A program made the position numbers and the translations under genes. Shown piece after piece: positions 40,801-55,800 of a stretch of 64,000 bases of DNA (position 1 is the first letter of the stretch; every line of letters starts with the position of its first letter). The stretch comes from Catajapyx aquilonaris (Eukaryota): the NCBI GenBank assembly GCA_000934665.2, contig JYFJ02001993.1, positions 1-64,000 on the forward strand, in the 5' to 3' direction. Below the pieces are notes generated by a model, which saw only the letters and a program-made list of their open reading frames with translations, was not told the origin of the DNA and did no database searches.

Positions 40801-43800
40801 GTAATATTTGCATGGCATCCATACAGCTTTTGCCTCAACGTAACATCTAGCCAGGATAATTAGTTTGCTGCGATAAGCCGCTGACAAAAGTTCTCTTTCA
40901 TGTGGCCAGGGTGAAACTGTTTTGCAAGCTGCCCGCGGAATACGCACTGGGTGTACCTCGGTATATACCTTTTGGTGCAAAGAAGGATCCTGGGAGGGAA
41001 AGGCTTTGGCAAGCTCAACTCATAAATTCGAGTCATTACAGTCGATGTTCATGTGCAACAAAAAGTTGGCCTGATCTATACCACGGATGTATTTACATAA
41101 GCAGTGTACTGTACAGTGCATGAGAAATGCGCATAACCGTGTAGTCATTAGAGATTGGCTCGTTTGTGAAACTTGCTTTATTATAACAGCTGTCCAGTGT
41201 TTGTGTGGTTTCATCAAAGCAGAGAGTTGTTGATGAAAACATTGCATACAGATTGAGAGCAAAGAGCCATGTCATATTCGGGAGGATTCCGGATGGTCTG
41301 GAGGTATACATGGCGGAATTGGCTACAAGTGAAGTTGTGATATGTACTGAAAACATGTGCAAAAATTTCCAATGCAGAATTGGCGAATAAGAGCCATCCA
41401 AAGTTGTTAGCACGAGTTGACATTACTACGCTCTTTTTGATCAGCTTATACTCAATTAACTTGTCGATGTCGTTAAATGCACTAGTACTAATTGTAAGTA
41501 GTGAATACGAACTGCAGGATGCAGTTTTAACAATGCGTATAATCATAAGCCCGTGACGTGCAGGTTGGTAGTGTAATGAACAGAGATTAAATTGTTACAT
41601 GGCATTGCTCTCATTGCATTATTCATATACTGTGTCCGAGATTCTTGTATGTGCGAACCACACGGTGTTGTACACTACTATTGATCGAAGTCTCATGTTC
41701 TAGGGGCTCTTACGGACCGTTTGACATCAGGTCTATTGTCTTGACTCTAGTTCCATTCGATTTCCTGCATTCCAGAGGAGCCGTGGCAGTTGGAGTTCCC
41801 TTGGGTTCGCTGGAAATGGACCAATGCAACGCATCTCATCCTTTGGGCTTCGGTGGAACTCACAAGTGCGATCCGGTTTCGACAAAGGTAAGGATATTAT
41901 TATTATTCGACTGCACCGTATATAAGAGACGGCTGTCGTTTGGCCTTTTCCAAATATCGGCCCGAGTGGGAACAAATCTGAAACGTTTTGGCGGAAACCA
42001 CATCAGGGCGGTAGGAGGTAACTTTGTTCATGCTTGTAATCGAATAGGAAACCAGCGCATATTGCCCCAAAATTAGGTTTCTACGGAGTTTCTCAGGGAA
42101 AATGCTTGTATAAATTACTTGACTATGAAAGTTCAGGGACCTCCAAACTTTCCCCAGGAGCGTTTCCTTCCCGCTGAGAATACGTTCGTATTTTATCAGA
42201 TGCTTCGTACCCCCCTGCATTTCGCCTAAATCAACTTCAGAGTGTGGTGACTGGTGAGTAAGGGCACAATCATAACAAACTCGGTACAACTTTGCCGTAG
42301 GAATAGCAGAATGGACAAAAGAGGCAACGTAGAGTTCCGTACAACGTGTGGACATTCTCAGGCCCTATACGTGGGACATAATGATTTGCTTCAATTAATA
42401 GAAGAAAATCTTTGAACATTCTGTATTTTTGCGGTTAATTTTTACTATTCATACTTGCTTTATTATAGCTTACATTTAAACTGCAACTTGTTATCAACGT
42501 TGTTCAGTAAACTATAGGCACTTGTTACGTGGCTACGTTCTGTCCTGTTTCTTTTTGTAACTCTACACTTTGGCATTTACTTTGGAGGTTTAGTACCTCA
42601 ACAATGGAGCTTCCTTGTAATTCCAGTCAGCAAGGGCCTGAAGTTGCCTCAAAATTAAATCCGGTTGTCTCGTGATTAAGTAACTCGGCCGTGCAGTACA
42701 GTGCACTAAATTCATCCCATTTCTTGCGAACGTTTGCAGACAAACTTGGAAGGCTTTTCCTTGGTTTCAATTAAACCAGGGAGATAAGGCGGTGGAGGCA
42801 TAAGTTTTGTCGTGACTGGATATAGAGTTTCAACATTGTAGCTTCGGGAGGCTATCCCCAGCCGTGTCTCGTAAATCCTGGGATTTTATATGAAGCAATC
42901 GTTCCCAGTCAGAGTGTTAATTTTGCTTGTCAATAAAAACACGGCCCGGATGCTAATAACCACGTATTATGGCATGCGAGGATAGGTTTTCAGCTCGTAA
43001 AATTGTGATAGATGACCGTAGCTCTGCCTTTTTTTTTTTGCGAGTGTGCTAGTCTCTCCCTCCCAGCAGGGCCTAGCGTTTGATTTCGGACGATTTTTTC
43101 GCTATTCAGCACTGGCTACGTGTTGGAAGAGAGCTGATAAAAAAAACCGCGGGTTGTACATAGAGATGTGTGAGGCTTTCAGCTAATTAATTATTTAGAA
43201 ACTGGACATTTTGTGTTCTTGTAAGCAGAATTAATTAGTGAATGAGGATTCATTATTTATATGCAATTCACATACAGTTGGATAATTTGCTGATACTTTT
43301 ACTGGTTTTGAGCGGCATTGCATGAAAATTATATTTGCATGTTCCCCAATCGTTACAGTTGTAATACAGTGATTAGCGCAGTACAAAGCAGTGCGACTGT
43401 AATAACTACGTGGTGTGTATGATCAAGTTATAAATATAGCCTACATGTTGTAGTCAAAAATAACGAACAGTAGACTATAGATGAATTTACTATTAATAAT
43501 AAGACACAAGAAGCAATCTTATGATTTTTCCAATGCAGTTGCGTGTCACAAGACAAAACGTCTGAACTCCTGACACTTGAATATATCAAGCACGACAATG
43601 TGCGCTAAATATAGCAAGCATCCAGATGCAAATATTTTATTTACAAGCCGAGTCCTGAATGATACCTACATCACACAATCATTGCATGTCCTATGACAAC
43701 GAACTAGGCTGAGCAGATGAGATCTACCCGGCTTTCCGCTAGAAAGCCTATCGGATATTAGGGCCAAAGCTGTCAGTTACCTCCCAAGCCCAGCATTTTT

Positions 43801-46800
43801 CATCCTGTTGTTGTTCCTACGCTCCAAAAATGAGCGAATGTGTTCATCGTTCTGTGAATCTGGACTCGGTGATGTTAATATAGGTTGAGTCTGGTGGTAT
43901 GGTTATTCATCCCATACTACCGACACGAAACGCGAGTACGTCCGTCATTGTTTGAATTGGCAATCTAAAGCCTAACGAGTTTTCAAATCTGATCCGAAAA
44001 GTACATAACCTAGAGGGACGGGTCGCATGTGTTTGCCTGCGAGTCTCAAGAGAAGCTGAATCTTCTGGAAATTGGTTTTTCCTAGCACGATCCTGCACCC
44101 GAAGCGTATTTAGAACCTGGATCGGAGGAATTTGCGTGAAAGGAACAGGTTGGGATGTATGGAAAATAAACTCGTCGTATGATTACAAAGTCATACGGTA
44201 TTTTATCATCGTCTGTGTAATCCCGCTCGATGCAAAGTGGCGCTGAGTTCAAGTCGGCAAATGGGAAAACCATGTTTCACTCTTGGGTCGTTCCCCAAAT
44301 TGAATTCCGGTAAATAAAATATACTGCGGCGCCAAACTAAGATTAATTGCTGAAGGAGTCGTTTTCCGTTTTCAAAATTTTTTTCACCCAGCCTGGTTCT
44401 GCTTCGTTTGAAAAAATACGCTCTCGACGTCTTGGCATGCCACATTAAACGCGACTTCAAAATGCTGCGTCTTCTTTGAGACGCCGGCAGTCCTTAATTG
44501 ACCAGTTCTCCACGGTCCTCCTCCCCCCTCCCCAAATGCAGGTTCCGGTATTCCCATCAAAAGTCCTCTCTTCACTCACAGGACGCGCTGTGTTGGCACT
44601 TACTGAAAACGTGCCTGTCACGCTATATTGGAGAGTGATGGAATCTCACGAGGATTGTCTGCTCACGTTCTTCACAGGTCTGGAACTCACTTATGTCCTC
44701 TGGTGGATGCCCCCTTTTTTTCTGGATTTATTCGGCCCATAGGGGCAATAAAAGATGTACCATGTAATATGACAGATGTATTTTATTTCATAGAGCGTAC
44801 TTCGGTTTGGAATAGTTTATTCCGTTCTAAACAGTGTAGCCTCCTTCACAGGTCCTTCCCAATGCCACCTAACGACGAATATCATGCAGTAACTGGCGGG
44901 TTCGAAATATGGCTAGAGTATGGGCTAGAGGCAGGTTTCATTTTAGATATAAAGAGACAACAGTTATAAGATGTCAACTAGACGTTGAATATGGGATGAA
45001 AGCACGTCAGACTTAATTCGGCTTGTGGCGTTTTTTGGGCATATATCGAGCCTTGTTGAAAAAAATGAGAATAATAATGAAGCCAGAACCTCGAGGCTAG
45101 GAGAAGGCAACGCAACGCCTCTAAATCAGATCGTTTCCTCCTCGTTATTCTTCTCGGGTAGGTGAAGTAGAAAGCATCTTGAAAGATCGATAGATCCGGA
45201 TTTTTTTTATCTCTCGTTCGTGAGGTCCGCCGAAATATCGGTGCATATCGGTACACAAGAAACTTGTGTAAGTTTCTTGTCCGGAAGGGATAAATTGTAA
45301 GGGAAGGGTAATATTACACAAACGTTAAATTCTCAGAGTCACTATAATGTGCAAGCAAGCCTTATGAATATGTAAGGTGGTGGTTATGAGCTCAGTACAC
45401 CATGAACTTTGTAATAACTTGAGGCATAGGTAAGCACATTCCATGGTAATTCCTTGCTTGTGGTAACTACGTATTTTTCATGAGTGTTGTAACAATGCTT
45501 TGATATTCTTTCAGTGTGTGGCTGTCCATGGTCAGGGCTTCCAGTCCGGCGCATACAACTGCCACTGTCTACCCAACTTCTACTTTCCGGATTCCAATGC
45601 TACCCACCACTATTTCACCGGAAGTGACGTGGAGGCTGCCTATATGCCTGGTTATGGCCTGCCCCAAGAATACAGGTAACCAGATTCGGTTTTTTGGGCT
45701 TCCGAGACTCATGATGGGGCTCATAGGTTTTTCCCCGGAAATAGCTCGAATCATGCAAATTGCTAGCCCCCGCCTGAATTTTGCGCCAACATGTTATATC
45801 CTTTGCTAGGGTGCTCGTCGATCTTGTTTGCCTGTGAAAAGAAGCGGAAAAGTTGCCAAGAGTTGCAAATTTGCAAGCGCGGAATGACTTATGGACTTGG
45901 GTTATGAGGACCCTCTGTAGGGTTTTTATCCGGCATTCTCGAACGAAATCACTGCAATCTTGGAGAATAATCTGGTCGAGATGGGGATTTTCCTTTTCTT
46001 TTTTTTTCTTTTTTTGGCTGTAAAATTTTATAAAAAGCTGGCGAAGCTGCCATAGCTGGCCTAAGGGGAGTCGAATCCTCACAGCTGACGACATGGCAAA
46101 TGAATACCATCAAAGGCAAATCGAACCAAAGTGCATGTTCAATATGCTCTATTTATTCGCCAGGGAGCGACGGGTTTTAAATTAGAAGCGGATACAAACA
46201 AGAAATCGCCATTCGCTACCTACAACACATTTCCTTTAGAAATTTCTTCGTTCAACATTGTGATATTGTCGAGTGCTTTCCTGCTGAGATGGTCTTATAA
46301 CCCTTGAGGGAGATGGGAAGAAACTCGTTATTAATGTTGAGCGCCAGAAGGAATCGATATGTTATGGCGCACATGCAGAAGGCTAATAAAAAGTACGACG
46401 GTTCTTTTGACCCGGAATGATAGCAAAAAAAAAAAAAACTTCCAGAACGATCGCGGTTTGTGACAAAAACTCTGACAGTTCATGAGGAAGATAGTGCAAG
46501 AATGCGAGCAATAACCCTTACAACGCGCGTAAATTTGACACAAGCATGGGGCGCAGACAGTACTGGTATTTTTTGCTATATTTGTTCTGCTATCACCATC
46601 TATAGCATTGAGGAACGTCACCACATTTGCATAGTTTTTGTATCAATATCCTTGTCTTCATAAGTGTGGATATTGTTTTGAATGTCGAATGGTACAACGA
46701 TCAGTGAAACATGCATTGTCTTTTCATACAGATGTCTGCCCTGTCCTGCGTCGTGTCCCGGCTGCGGAGAAGGTCGTCTCTGCCTGGCTCAGCACGATTT

Positions 46801-49800
46801 CATCACGAGGAGTCTGCCCCTGGGAGTGCAGGCCCTTTGCATGACCGTCACCCTGATTCTTGCCCTGATAGTTTTCAAGCTGAGAAAATCGAAGGTAAGG
46901 CAACACTCCCTGAAATTGCGTTTATTGCTCTTTTAAGAGGTGCCTACTCTGCCCAATAACTGCTCACAATTCAATTGGGCCTCCGTCATAAAATGGTTAT
47001 CTCCCCATAAAACTCTGCAGATCAACTTCCTGATTGCATTTCTATAAGTAGTGCAAGTACAAATCAATCGACGTGTATCTCATCTACCGTGTTCGTAATC
47101 AGCGCCATAATTGGGCTCGTAAAGCCAATGCGTGACATCAACGCCAAATGGTCAGTGTAAAAATGAAATGCGATGCCTGCACTGGAGTTGCCAACTTTTA
47201 GGGCCATTTTGAAGAAGCCATCGAGTTGATTATTGATTGTTTCAACCTGAGCAGCTCGAAATTAACTAATTACTAATGTAGTATTTTCATATAAAATTGA
47301 ACCATTTCGGTGCTTTACAAGAAGTTATCTACCGGGGACATCGCGGTGGTCACTGACAAGCCTAGCCTAAAATGTAATAAATAAAAATGCCACAGAATCG
47401 GGGAAACTTTCTCAGGAACGCATTTTGTAGCGTGTCAGTATTTGCAGCTTCAATAATGAAAATGTTTTTTCTTGAAAAATGAAGGTAAAGCATGTTTTTG
47501 CAGTCAGTCCACATATTTCTGTTCCGGGCTTTAAAGTGACAGGGAAAAGTTGTTCAAACGTTCTGCGAACCGCTGCCCGAAATTGCTATACCCAAAAGCA
47601 GCGGGAAGCACGTTGGTTTTGGGTATTTTTGTCCTACCTCGCACTTAAAAATGTGTAGCGACATAGTATTTGGGAGTTAATTGCAGGCCTTTTGCAGGGT
47701 CCCTTTTGCCTTTCCCAAGAGAGGTTTCCTGAGCGACATAGGTCCCTTTGAACAGGTCTAAATCAAACATTGCGCACACTTTTGGTCCCACGAGGTACCC
47801 CCCTCCACATCTACCTCTAACCTTCGATCCTTCCAAATTAACAACATCAAGGTAGAAAGTTACACTCTCTACAGTGGTCGTATGCTACGTGTTTTGTTTG
47901 TCTGAAGAGTCATCCTGCCGGTTATGTAACCCAAGCGCCTCTTTTGCCGTACGTGAGTTGGGATCGTCAGGCGAAGATTGTTGTCCAGTTGACATATTGG
48001 GACTGTGACACTTTTAAGTGCTGGAATTAACGCGGAGCACGATCTGCAGGTGAGGAGAGAATAAATGGGATTTTAGGCAAAGTCTATTATCACTGAAGCT
48101 TGAAAAGCGAAGAGTGTTAGTTTTCACGTACTGTACTGTATGTCAAATCTCGCAGGCAGTGGCCAATACTGGGCCAATACGCCATGCTCTGAATGATGTG
48201 GCGTGTGTGCAAGTTAATGATGCGTTAATGTTTTTGTTAGATATCACATTCGTTATTGTGAATTATTTCTTTTCATCATTAATATTGATTGATAGCTACA
48301 CCGAGTCAGTGATGTTTTCTTTCCATATTGCTTTCATGTTACATGTATTTTACTGCCATTTACATTATACGTCTATAATTATTTCATAACAGTGCTTAAT
48401 GATCATGCACGGCGTTTTATGTGCGTATATTATGCAGATTAGACAATAATTATGTGTTCGTTTTTTTTACTGCATGGGCAATAGAAATGAACAGGCGGTT
48501 GGCTATTTCGAGTGTAGCCTATATGCGGAGTATTGCTGTAATGTTTAAGCATCATTATTATGGTTATGAAGTATTTTAATTAAACATTCCAGTCAAGGAT
48601 CATCTTCATTGAGTGTCATGACACATTTTCTTCTGTCGTTCTGGTTGTGAGTTACGTATATAGCATTATCTCGTTTTCCATTTGGCTCTCCTGTTGGCAA
48701 TGATTCTTTGTACTTTTCCTGCGTGATTACCCACTCCAGTTCTGACCATTTTGAAACAGTGATCTGCGTTGACAAACCGACACCATTATACCTGTAGAGT
48801 ACGTTTTGCTGCATTATTCCATTCTGTGTTTTTAGATAACGGCATACTGCTTTTGAAGGGATGTAAGTTACGCGGGCTTATTTCTCAATCCTTTTTAAAA
48901 TGATCATCAGTTATACGTACAAGTACAAACGAATATGGAAATGCGTAACTATGTTCAGTGAAATGGGGACATAGGGCGATGACAATGATTTGAGCTGTCA
49001 AACGCAACTTGTCGGCAAAATGAAAAGTCCTGTGGAGACTATCCCTGGTTTAACTCATCGATTATGTCATATACGACTAGTACGGCTCACTGATTGATTA
49101 TTGTTGTAATGCGGCAAAATTAGCAAAAGCTACGCCTTCCAAAACAAAGGTCGGAGTTTATTTTTCCTCTTCATGCTGAAATTTAAAAAAGGATGCACAA
49201 TATTTGGTTTGTTCTGTTATGGCAAATCAGATTTTTGGATAGAGACATGCCAACTGCGACACTCATTTAGAACACAGCAACTAGAAACGAAAGGCAGGCA
49301 AAGTGTCACCAAGATTAAGAGCATGTCGACATGTCTGGAGTCCATTACTTGAGAGACTCGAGTTATTGCCTCTGTGTCAATACCCTACGGAGTAGTGAGT
49401 AAACAGTTGCTTCTTTTAGCAGGCTGTATATCTTCTATGCAATTGCTCCATGATCGCCTTATTCTTTAGCCTGCCTCGGTACCATTTCCCACGTTTTGCA
49501 AAGAGTAAAGCTGCTCCATTGGAAAGATCCGCTGGCCTCGCATCTCATTATTATGTATGATGTCCGGAATCGATTAAGGCCATTATGCATGTAGGGAAAG
49601 AACTGTAGCCTCTGTGTAAAAAGAGGCAATCTACGTGACTCGGTTTTTCCTGCAACTTTTAGAGTCTCTTGACAGTAAGAGAGATGAGTGCATGTGATGT
49701 CAATGATAGTTTATGTCGCGAAAGAGGGTTTCCCCTATTAGGATGAGGTTCAGAAAATCGGAAATCAATGCTTGCCGTCAGGTATGTACGTTGTAACTAC

Positions 49801-52800
49801 CTAATTCAGCACCAGCGTGCTCCAATAACTGCAAATCAGCAGTTGCCGAATATGTCTGGTCAGAACTGCACGAAATTATCCGGAACTGTAAACAGTTTTG
49901 TCGATAACAGTGTACCGTAAGTATCGATCCATCTTGCGTATTATTACACACGTTGGGTAATTTCTGTACAGAGCAAGGCAACATGTAGTGTTGAAATAAT
50001 TATATTTATCTGGCCAAATGTTTCTTATGGCTCAGCACATAATGTCTTATGACAATTTGTTGACGCGGAACATGTTGCAGCGTTAGCGTAATTAACTACC
50101 CTTTATTTCACTGCAATTGATTTTGGTCGACAGTACTGTAAAGCCGTCGGCCTACCCACACACATTGTCGCTTTGGTTGAACCACTGCGTTGTATGTAAC
50201 AGACTCCCAGATGTGCATTATCCAGTGCTTCTCGGGTGCGATGTTTATTTATCTATGGGCTTCAGAATATATTATGCGTACCGGTTTGCTTTATAGGAGG
50301 CCAATGTACTGAACGATGCTGCACCAAATCCAGGCCTAACACCTCGTTATATCTAATACTCTCTGTTTTTACTTATATTGTAAATAACTAAACAGTGTAC
50401 TGTGTCCTTTCAAAACACCTTTAAACTTTGAAATCGGATTCCTTACATGTGGGAAATTTGCCCATCAAGTTTCTTTGCAAGAATTCCTTAAACCAGTGCC
50501 TAACTGACAAAGTTTCACCGTGAATAAGTCCATCTTTCTTCAAATAACCTGACGCATCTCTTGGTTGGACAGGCTTCTCTCGGATCATGAATATTTCCTG
50601 TGCAGTTTTCCTCGTTGTTTGCAGACGGCATATAACCTCAGACTTTCCGTGTTTGCCGTCCTTACTCGCAAAAACTCATAAGGCAGCTACAGTTGTGATA
50701 TGCACAAAAAAAATATTTCCACCAGGATCTACTTTAAGTGAAAGCCTTCCCTGCTAAAGTTCAGGTGGCGGTGGATATTACAGTATTTCCTCTCATTAGC
50801 TCCGGGAAAGTGCAGCGTCTTGTTTAGCTTCCCCCACTCCCCATCCCCGGTACCTTTCTAAGCCTACATATACATGAATATGCATATCCTAAAAGATGAT
50901 GGAAGCTGCTATTTCCGCTCTCGTGCTCCGTGATAGCCTTAACTATAGGAGACCTTTGCAAACTTTGAACCCACCCTTGTTTCCCTCACAGTTTGTTCTG
51001 CCCTACCACTGAAACCCTTTCTCGGATGACCTTTTGCAAACAAATGGTTTCGAATTTTATGGGGATTAATACGATGTAATTAACTACCATTGTGTACACA
51101 TGACTTTGCCTACTTGCGGCACTAAAAAGTGGTCAGGATGCGAAGTGTGTGTTCAAGCCGAAATTTTCTGGCTATTAAATTACCCCTGTTGCGCTCATGA
51201 GATCCGCATGTTCATAACCTCCTAATTTCGTTAAGTTCAAGCCGCAATTGAAGCTCGTGCAGTATAAGGCATTACCTAAACTCCAAAATTGCTCACCATA
51301 GAAGCAGGTGCCGCACCTGTCCATCATCCCTGATCTGCCTCTAAGCAGTTTCGCAATATTTAGCGACATGAGAGAGAAATTTTATAGCAGCCTTGCAACA
51401 AAGGCTGTTTACTCTTCGGTACCAGCAATAACGATCAAAAAAAATTAGATCGGTCGTAGAATCTGTAATAAGTATAAATTCTCTTGTTCTCTGCAGGTGA
51501 TGGCCAGCTCGATGTGGACCATGCTGGAGATGATTCTCCTGGGCGCTTTTCTCCTCTACACTACGGTAAGTTTTTTTTAAAAAAACATGACCCCGAGGTG
51601 GTCACCACGTCGACAGGCAGCATCAATCACCTAGACGATGGCCACTTCGATACTACTTCTGGGTCGAAGAGTTTCTTTTGAGAAATGGCTACCGGAATGT
51701 TCAATACGGTCCACAATATTCTGCTCGGAGCTTAGTGGCCATAAATCTGTGCCTTTTGTACCGTTTCTGGACCAGATCTAGCATCTTGAAGTGTGCTACT
51801 TGAAATGCACTTCAATCCGTCTCGGCTCGGATATTGCTTCAGTGATTGGTCACAAGTATGTTCATGAGATTCGAGGAAATATGGCGAGTGTCGGACCAAG
51901 TTGATTCAAAATGCCTAAAACCAGGCTTAAATCAGGGTTGAACTTTATAGCCATCCGGTGCGTGTGTGTCGGACAACCATGCGGGGTGATGTAGGAAGGT
52001 AGGGGTGTAAAAGATCAATAGTGTGGGTTTTAGCATGGGAAGAGGAGGCGTGTGTTGCGGCAGACTACTTCATTAGAGATCCGAGTAGAGTATAGTATCG
52101 TCTGAAAACTAGCAGGGCAACCCCTTAGTATAATCACCGGCTGTGCAATTAGGAGACACAGGAGAACTCAATTGGAGAACCCCCTCCGTTTTCCAGAAGA
52201 TTGGTCGGGTTAGGGAATTAGGTTCCCTTTGTCGCCTCGTTCAATTTGACGATAGATTCGAATCACTAGGAGGTCAAGGTCTCAATTTTCTTGGATGGTG
52301 ACCGTTATAATGGTGTGGCCATAAGTTGTTAAGATGGCGTCGTAAGCACCCCCACCCTGCTTGGCGCCCTTCACCGGATCAGGTTTCAGAAATGATGATT
52401 GACGTCCTCGAGGCTCCTTGGCGGAAAACAAGACCTTTCTTTAGTTGAGAAAAACGATGGGAAGCCCTTCAGGGCGCCTCTCGCATCCGAGAAGCAAAAC
52501 TTTCGGATTATTTTTGTACTCTTTGCATCATTTTAGATTAATTTGAAGCCTCTCCACTAGTGGAGCATTCAGAACTTTTGAGCTTGTTTTCTGAACTTGA
52601 CGAATACGATACCCTTATGTCGCAGGATCAGATGAAAAGAGCTAAGGAACCTATAGTGTGATGAGAAGTCTGCTGCAAATAATGTGGAAGTTTCCTATAA
52701 GAATTTACGTAACACAAAACGAAAAATGCAAAATTTGATTGGAGGTTAGCACTATTTAAGTTTCAGGACTATAGCCTACAGTGCAGAGTGCTGGAGATGC

Positions 52801-55800
52801 AGATTCTGGAGCTTTATACATTATCTTCAAATGTGGCGTAATAAGGAAAATGTTTGAAAAGTTAGCAGGACTCGACTTAATGCGGTCGTCAGCTGTCATT
52901 AGGGGACGCAGTTTTCTTTTGAAATGTCAGCTAGATGAGCAGTCAATTTCGCGGCTGCGGGAAAAAGTTGTGGAAATTAGCACTCCCCGTGCAGCCAATA
53001 GGAAGGCTTTGCTATTATCTTTAGTCCTTCTGAAGATCTTCCACTCCTCAGGAGGTCCTTTTTCCCTTCAAGGTTTAATAGAATGTATTCGTTAGACGCT
53101 CTTCTTGTGTATACCCTGAAATTACCAGAAATTGAGCTTGGCCAGTGTTGCGAGAGAGATTGTCAATTTTCGTGAAACACTGTGAGGTCCTAGAGGCGAC
53201 AGGTCCCCTTCGCACCTAACAATAACTGAAGGGTGAGAGCTATAAGCTAGCGCATCGGTACATCTTACAGTTTGCTAGTGCACTCCACTCACCGCTTTAT
53301 GCGACGTCAAGTTATCCCCGAGAGCGTGCTTGCCTTGCATCTGCCGTCTACAGTATATGCATCATCTGAAGGAGTTTACACCCAGTATGAAGCACCCCGT
53401 TACTTTGGTGCATAGATCGCGTAGAATATAGGATCCAACAAGTAACATCCGAGATAAGGCTATCAGCCCTAGGTTCTGATTGGTAAATATGTTTTTTTGC
53501 TATATAAAGTTAATTGTTTTGCGGCAACATGCGACCTGTATTTGGCCTGGTCAATATTATGCACACAGCAGGGTCGAGCTTGGGGAAATAACATAACCCC
53601 CTGCCTGCCCGCCCAGATCAGACGTCACACCACACATAATTGCGTATTTCCATTTGCGGTGACCTGATCAACCGGCAGCCTCAACCCTCATTTGGGGACC
53701 GAACCACAGGATTGCAGATAGACACACACGTGCCCAAATTTTCGTTTTTGTGTCTGTGTTTTTTTGTAGATCCCTAGCTGAAATGCTCCATTAACCCCCG
53801 TCAACACGGATACTTTTAATCCCAGGTTCAAACCGGGATCAATTGGATGCTGCTCTTGAGTGCCGATAACTGCACATTTTGTATGCACTAGGAATTAATA
53901 GATGCATTTTCTTGTAGGTTATGGTGCGGTATTTTGAACCGAGAGTGTCGCTGTGCCTGCTCGCACCCTGGTGTCGTGAACTGGGATTCGCCATTTGTTA
54001 CGGGGCCATTTTATTGAAGATATACAGGTAAGAACCTCGTCGTTTTAGGTTGTTGAAGACGTGATTTTCGCTGATAAATTTGGAGGACTTCATCTTAATT
54101 CATGAGACGTTACTTGTTGCTCAGCTGCTTCTCCTGTTATGGATGCAATTATGTCAATTACGCTGCTTCACAGAGCTGTGTGCATGATGAACTGCCAGGG
54201 AAAGTTGAGAACTTTCCAGAGGGCTTTAGAAGTTTCTTTTCCCAGGACATTAGTGGAGTTCCGTACCCGCAAGGCCCATCGCTGGGTGATCAAGGACAAG
54301 GACTTGCTGAAGTACCTGTCTGGAATAATTGTGATAGTTACTGGGTACATGGCGGCCTGGACGGCATCTACTTTGGACTACTTGAGAGATGGGCATAACG
54401 TCCTGGCTGAGGGTCACACCCCTGAAGGCACAAGTTACGCCGTGTGTCGTCCACTTTGGTGGGAGTACGTCACTGAAACTGGTATATAGGATGAAATCAT
54501 TCAGCAGTGTTTGGTGATAAGTACATAATATAAGCAGTAGTTGAATATATTTTAACACTTCATAAGGAGGTTGTAAGCTTCACTAATACATGTACAGTTG
54601 AAAAGCCCTGGCAATGTATCAAGTGACACATATGAAATCCAAAAATAAGCTGTTATGTGAGCAGATTTTTTGAAATTAAATGAAGACATAAATGAGACTC
54701 TCGTACTTATATTTCACCTGAAAATATTGCTTGCCTTCGTTTGAAAAACAACTTGCTGCAAGTTGTTTCAGAAAGAAGGCAGTCAACCACATCAGGGTAT
54801 GCCAAGAATTTATCGATAGCCAATATTTGACATTACCTTGCTGTTTTCTTATAAATTGTATACTTTGTGTATGAACCTTACTTCATGATCTAATTTTGCT
54901 ACTACAATAACTTTCCCTGGCCTCTCTTGCACTGTTGACAACACATCTGCCATTAAATATGAATAGTCCCCATGATTGTAATTTATCATAGTCCATACAG
55001 GAATAGTAGTCTACTTTGCAGAATCACAGTTAGCAGAAAAGTGTTTAAACTTGCTAAAGTGATTGTGCATCTTTGTGGGAGAGACAATATTGGGGAAATG
55101 ACTTGTATTGTTCATCATCACAACATGCTAAGGTGGGTTATGATATTGTCAGCAATTCAGAATTGGTATAAAACCAATAAGATGTTTCACTTATACATTG
55201 AGACTGCACTTGTTATAAATTGATACTGGTATATCAAAAGTCAGAAAATTAATTACTGAGCCAAGGTTCACACATGAGGATAATTTTAAATTGTAGTAAG
55301 AATAGCTGTCATGGATATTTTTAGTGTTATTAGTTTTAAGAAATGATACACTTATATTTTATAACAATATTTTGGTTTATATTCGGAGGTAATACGTAAG
55401 GTAGAAACTTATGACAATAATGTTATCATTGCTGTTACACTGGTTTATTTATCTGCACAGGTGAACTGCTACTCCTAGTGTTTGGCATGTATCTGAGTTA
55501 CCACGTGCGGAATGCAGTCTCACTCTTCCATGAGAAGCGGTGCCTATGTGTCGCCATTTACGCTGAGGCTGCCTTCAGTGTCACTTACTACATCCTTCGG
55601 GAGTTGTACTGGCTCCATATGCACCCAGACCATCTATTTATTATGGAATTCGTACGTGGACAGTGTACAACCACACTTATCCTACTCGTCATATTCATTC
55701 CAAAGGTACTGGGCTGGTGAAGGACATGGGCTTTGGAACGCTGGAATACCAATAATAATGATGATGTCATTCCAGCTGTGGTACCACCACAGGCCTCCAA

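Noticed and set aside
43900..45260. Chain of short minus-strand ORFs in a CpG-rich segment, faintly like a CACTA/EnSpm transposase
   Set aside because: No convincing ordered motifs by eye; a translated profile search against transposase HMMs is needed.
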